Of a stretch of DNA of 37,604 nt, positions 35,757-37,604 are shown in pieces. Below the pieces are notes generated by a model. That model was not told the DNA's origin. It did no database searches and saw only the letters and a list, made by a program, of their open reading frames with translations. This stretch comes from Pseudomonadota bacterium (GTDB lineage: Bacteria; Myxococcota; JACRCW01; JAFGSX01): assembly GCA_043821645.1 (NCBI GenBank), contig JBDRCO010000059.1, forward strand, positions 1 through 37,604, read 5' to 3'. Both the position numbers and the translations under genes were made by a program. How positions within the stretch are numbered: the first letter of the stretch is position 1; every line of letters starts with the position of its first letter.

Positions 35757-35950
35757 TCAGGCGTCCTCGGAGCCCGCGTCCTCCAGACCCCCATCCTCGA
35801 CGGCCGCATCCTCGAGGGCGGCGTCGGTCGACGAGGTGGCATCCACGCTCGCCCCGGCGTCCTCGCTCACACCGGCGTCACCGCTCGCGGCATCGGCCGG
35901 ACCGCTCGCATCTGCGGCGACGGCACTGTCCGCGGTACCCGCGTCCGTCG
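35757..35950 (-). repeat. Low-complexity EDAA/EDAG coding repeat matching the tail at 5736-5925
   Basis: Translates ...TDAALEDAAVEDGGLEDAGSEDA*. The 21 nt at 35763-35783 are identical to 5742-5762. Confidence 0.7.
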
Positions 35951-36803
35951 CCGGATTGAAGGTGGTGCAGACCTGGGTGCGGGTCATCGAGCCCACCAGA
36001 GACATTTCGTAGTTCCCAGTCACCTCGCCCACGTCGGCCTCGAAACCACCCTCGTTGATCTCGCACTCGCCGTCGCTATCCAGGTCCGAGAAGAAGCGCA
36101 CGTGGTAGTGCACGCTGGGTTGGGTCAGGTCCGTCCACACGAAGGTGAAGAAGCCGTCGGTGATGGTGGAGAGCAGCACGCTGCTCACCAGCGCACCGCC
36201 ATCATCGAGCACCACGGCGTAAGCGTCGTTGGTGACGCCGTGCGCGCCGAAGCCCGTGCCGGTGATGGTCAGGTCCCACGGTGGCGGTGTGCTGCTGTCC
36301 GGGCTTCCGCCGTCGGTGGACGAGGTGAAGCTCGCGCAGACGTCGTCGAAGGTCGAGCGACGCGTGACGCTCAGATTCACGTCAGCGGTCACCGCGGCCA
36401 CGCTCTCCTTCCAGGCCTGATCGCTGGCCAGGGTGCAGGCGCCGTCGGCATTCTGGTCTGCGTAGTAGTGAACCTCGTAGCGATGGCCACTGACCAGGAT
36501 CTCGGCCCAGGTGAAGCTGAAGCTGGCGCTCGACGGGATGCTGGTGCTGTCCGTGTGCACCACCTGGTTGCTGGCGTCGAGGTCGATGACGACGACACGC
36601 AGCTGCTTGCCGATGTTGGCGGTGAAGCTCTCACCGGCGAACTTCAGGTCGAAGTGACCGTTGGTCGAAGCCTTGCAAGTGCCGTCGACGCAGACCGAGT
36701 CCGGTCCACAGGGATTGCTGTCGCTGCACTCGAGGTCCCCGGGGGGACAGGCCGTCAGCACGCCCACGCTCAAACATGCCATCGCGATGTGCATTCTCTT
36801 CAT
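35757..36803 (-). CDS. Lipoprotein with one Cys-rich unit, two about 105-aa repeats with DxDxDG loops, and an acidic DAG tail
   Basis: RBS GAGGAGGA; lipobox LTAC. Repeats FDL.F.G..F...Y.VHYYADQNADGAC...VC.SF and WDL...G..F...YHVRFFSDLDSDGEC...VC.TF. Confidence 0.85.
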   Translation of the reverse strand: MKRMHIAMACLSVGVLTACPPGDLECSDSNPCGPDSVCVDGTCKASTNGHFDLKFAGESFTANIGKQLRVVVIDLDASNQVVHTDSTSIPSSASFSFTWAEILVSGHRYEVHYYADQNADGACTLASDQAWKESVAAVTADVNLSVTRRSTFDDVCASFTSSTDGGSPDSSTPPPWDLTITGTGFGAHGVTNDAYAVVLDDGGALVSSVLLSTITDGFFTFVWTDLTQPSVHYHVRFFSDLDSDGECEINEGGFEADVGEVTGNYEMSLVGSMTRTQVCTTFNPATDAGTADSAVAADASGPADAASGDAGVSEDAGASVDATSSTDAALEDAAVEDGGLEDAGSEDA

Positions 36804-36839
36804 CTGAAATCCTCCTCTGTCGCGAGTGACCTTCTGGTC

Positions 36840-37604
36840 TCACTCTTCCAAGCAGTAGAGCATGATATCGGCCGTGGTGCAGGCCCGCGTGAACGCGAAG
36901 GTGCTCTCGGCGCCAGCCAGGTTGGGTCGGCCGACCCGTCCGCTTCCGCTGGCGCTGCTCCAGTTGCCGCAGCTCTCCGCCGCGAGGGCGACGTTCAACA
37001 GATCGGCCCCTGTCCAGGCCTTGGCGCTCTTGTCGAGATAGTTGAGCCAGAGTGTCACGTTGAGGGGTGCCAGCAGACCTGGGCCGGTGGCAGCCAGGGT
37101 GCCATCGAGCACCGTGACCCCGTCGGGGCGGACCCAGTCCTGGCCCGGGGTGAGCCTCGAGATCGCGGAGGTGCTCTCCGTCGCCAGCAGAGCCTTGAAG
37201 GTGCTGTAATTGCCGGTCGCCGCGGCCTCGGTGTTACAGAAGTCATCTGCCGCGGTGATGCCGCCCGAGCCAGGCACAAAGAACGACGCGGTGATGAAGG
37301 CCAGGCGCTTGTTCGCGGTCGATGGTGCCAGCACCTGGTCCGCAGTGCCGAGGTTGCCAAAGCAGTACAGGTGCGCGGGATCGACGCAGTTGCCGTCCAT
37401 GTTGTCGGTCCAGCTCTGGGTGCCACCTGTCATCGAGCCGACGGTGGTCACGCCCGCACTCGTACTCCAGTCCGAACAGTTGGAGCTTGTCGTGCCGTTG
37501 GCCAGGGTCCCGGTGAAGACGCTGGTGAGCGCGGACCACATGTCGCCGGTCTCGTCGACAGATGGAGGAGCCAGGACCTGGCCAGCCAGCAACCAATCCT
37601 TGCT
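36840..37604 (-). CDS. DUF1554/endostatin-like (Len-type) repeat protein, N-terminus outside the window
   Basis: Frame is open to the window edge. Two units ending HLYCF and MLYCLEE; motifs GGITAADDFC, FKALLA, WVRPDG, WTG and C.NW. Confidence 0.8.
   Translation of the reverse strand, partial: SKDWLLAGQVLAPPSVDETGDMWSALTSVFTGTLANGTTSSNCSDWSTSAGVTTVGSMTGGTQSWTDNMDGNCVDPAHLYCFGNLGTADQVLAPSTANKRLAFITASFFVPGSGGITAADDFCNTEAAATGNYSTFKALLATESTSAISRLTPGQDWVRPDGVTVLDGTLAATGPGLLAPLNVTLWLNYLDKSAKAWTGADLLNVALAAESCGNWSSASGSGRVGRPNLAGAESTFAFTRACTTADIMLYCLEE

Overview
GC-rich chromosomal window, most likely from a myxobacterium (Myxococcota). This rests on an AglZ-like protein, a MYXO-CTERM/GC_trans_RRR-like tail and many Cys-rich lipoproteins. 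About 23 credible CDSs; no rRNA, tRNA, CRISPR array, transposase or phage genes were recognised. Left to right: a tandem Hsp20 pair with a promoter and terminator; an orphan Zn-ribbon protein; a tightly coupled four-gene surface-lipoprotein operon built as a duplicated two-gene module (A-B-A'-B', where A = Ig-like/choice-of-anchor-D + YfaP/DUF2135-like domain and B = Cys-rich repeats + PPC-like repeats with no peptidase), divergent from aglZ; a hybrid histidine kinase; a FadL-family channel followed by a degenerate SDR-like protein; two hypotheticals; class I fumarase; a Cys-rich protein with anchors at both ends, divergent from a TetR-MMPL/RND-LolA-like-OM barrel operon, with two TGAC-N15-GTCA boxes between them; a 14-Cys mini-lipoprotein; a 1244-aa polytopic membrane protein; a two-repeat lipoprotein; and a truncated DUF1554/endostatin-like protein. 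The best candidates for an undescribed system are the A-B-A'-B' operon beside aglZ and the TetR-controlled lipid-shuttle locus with its divergent surface protein. All family names come from motif recognition by eye, not from database searches.
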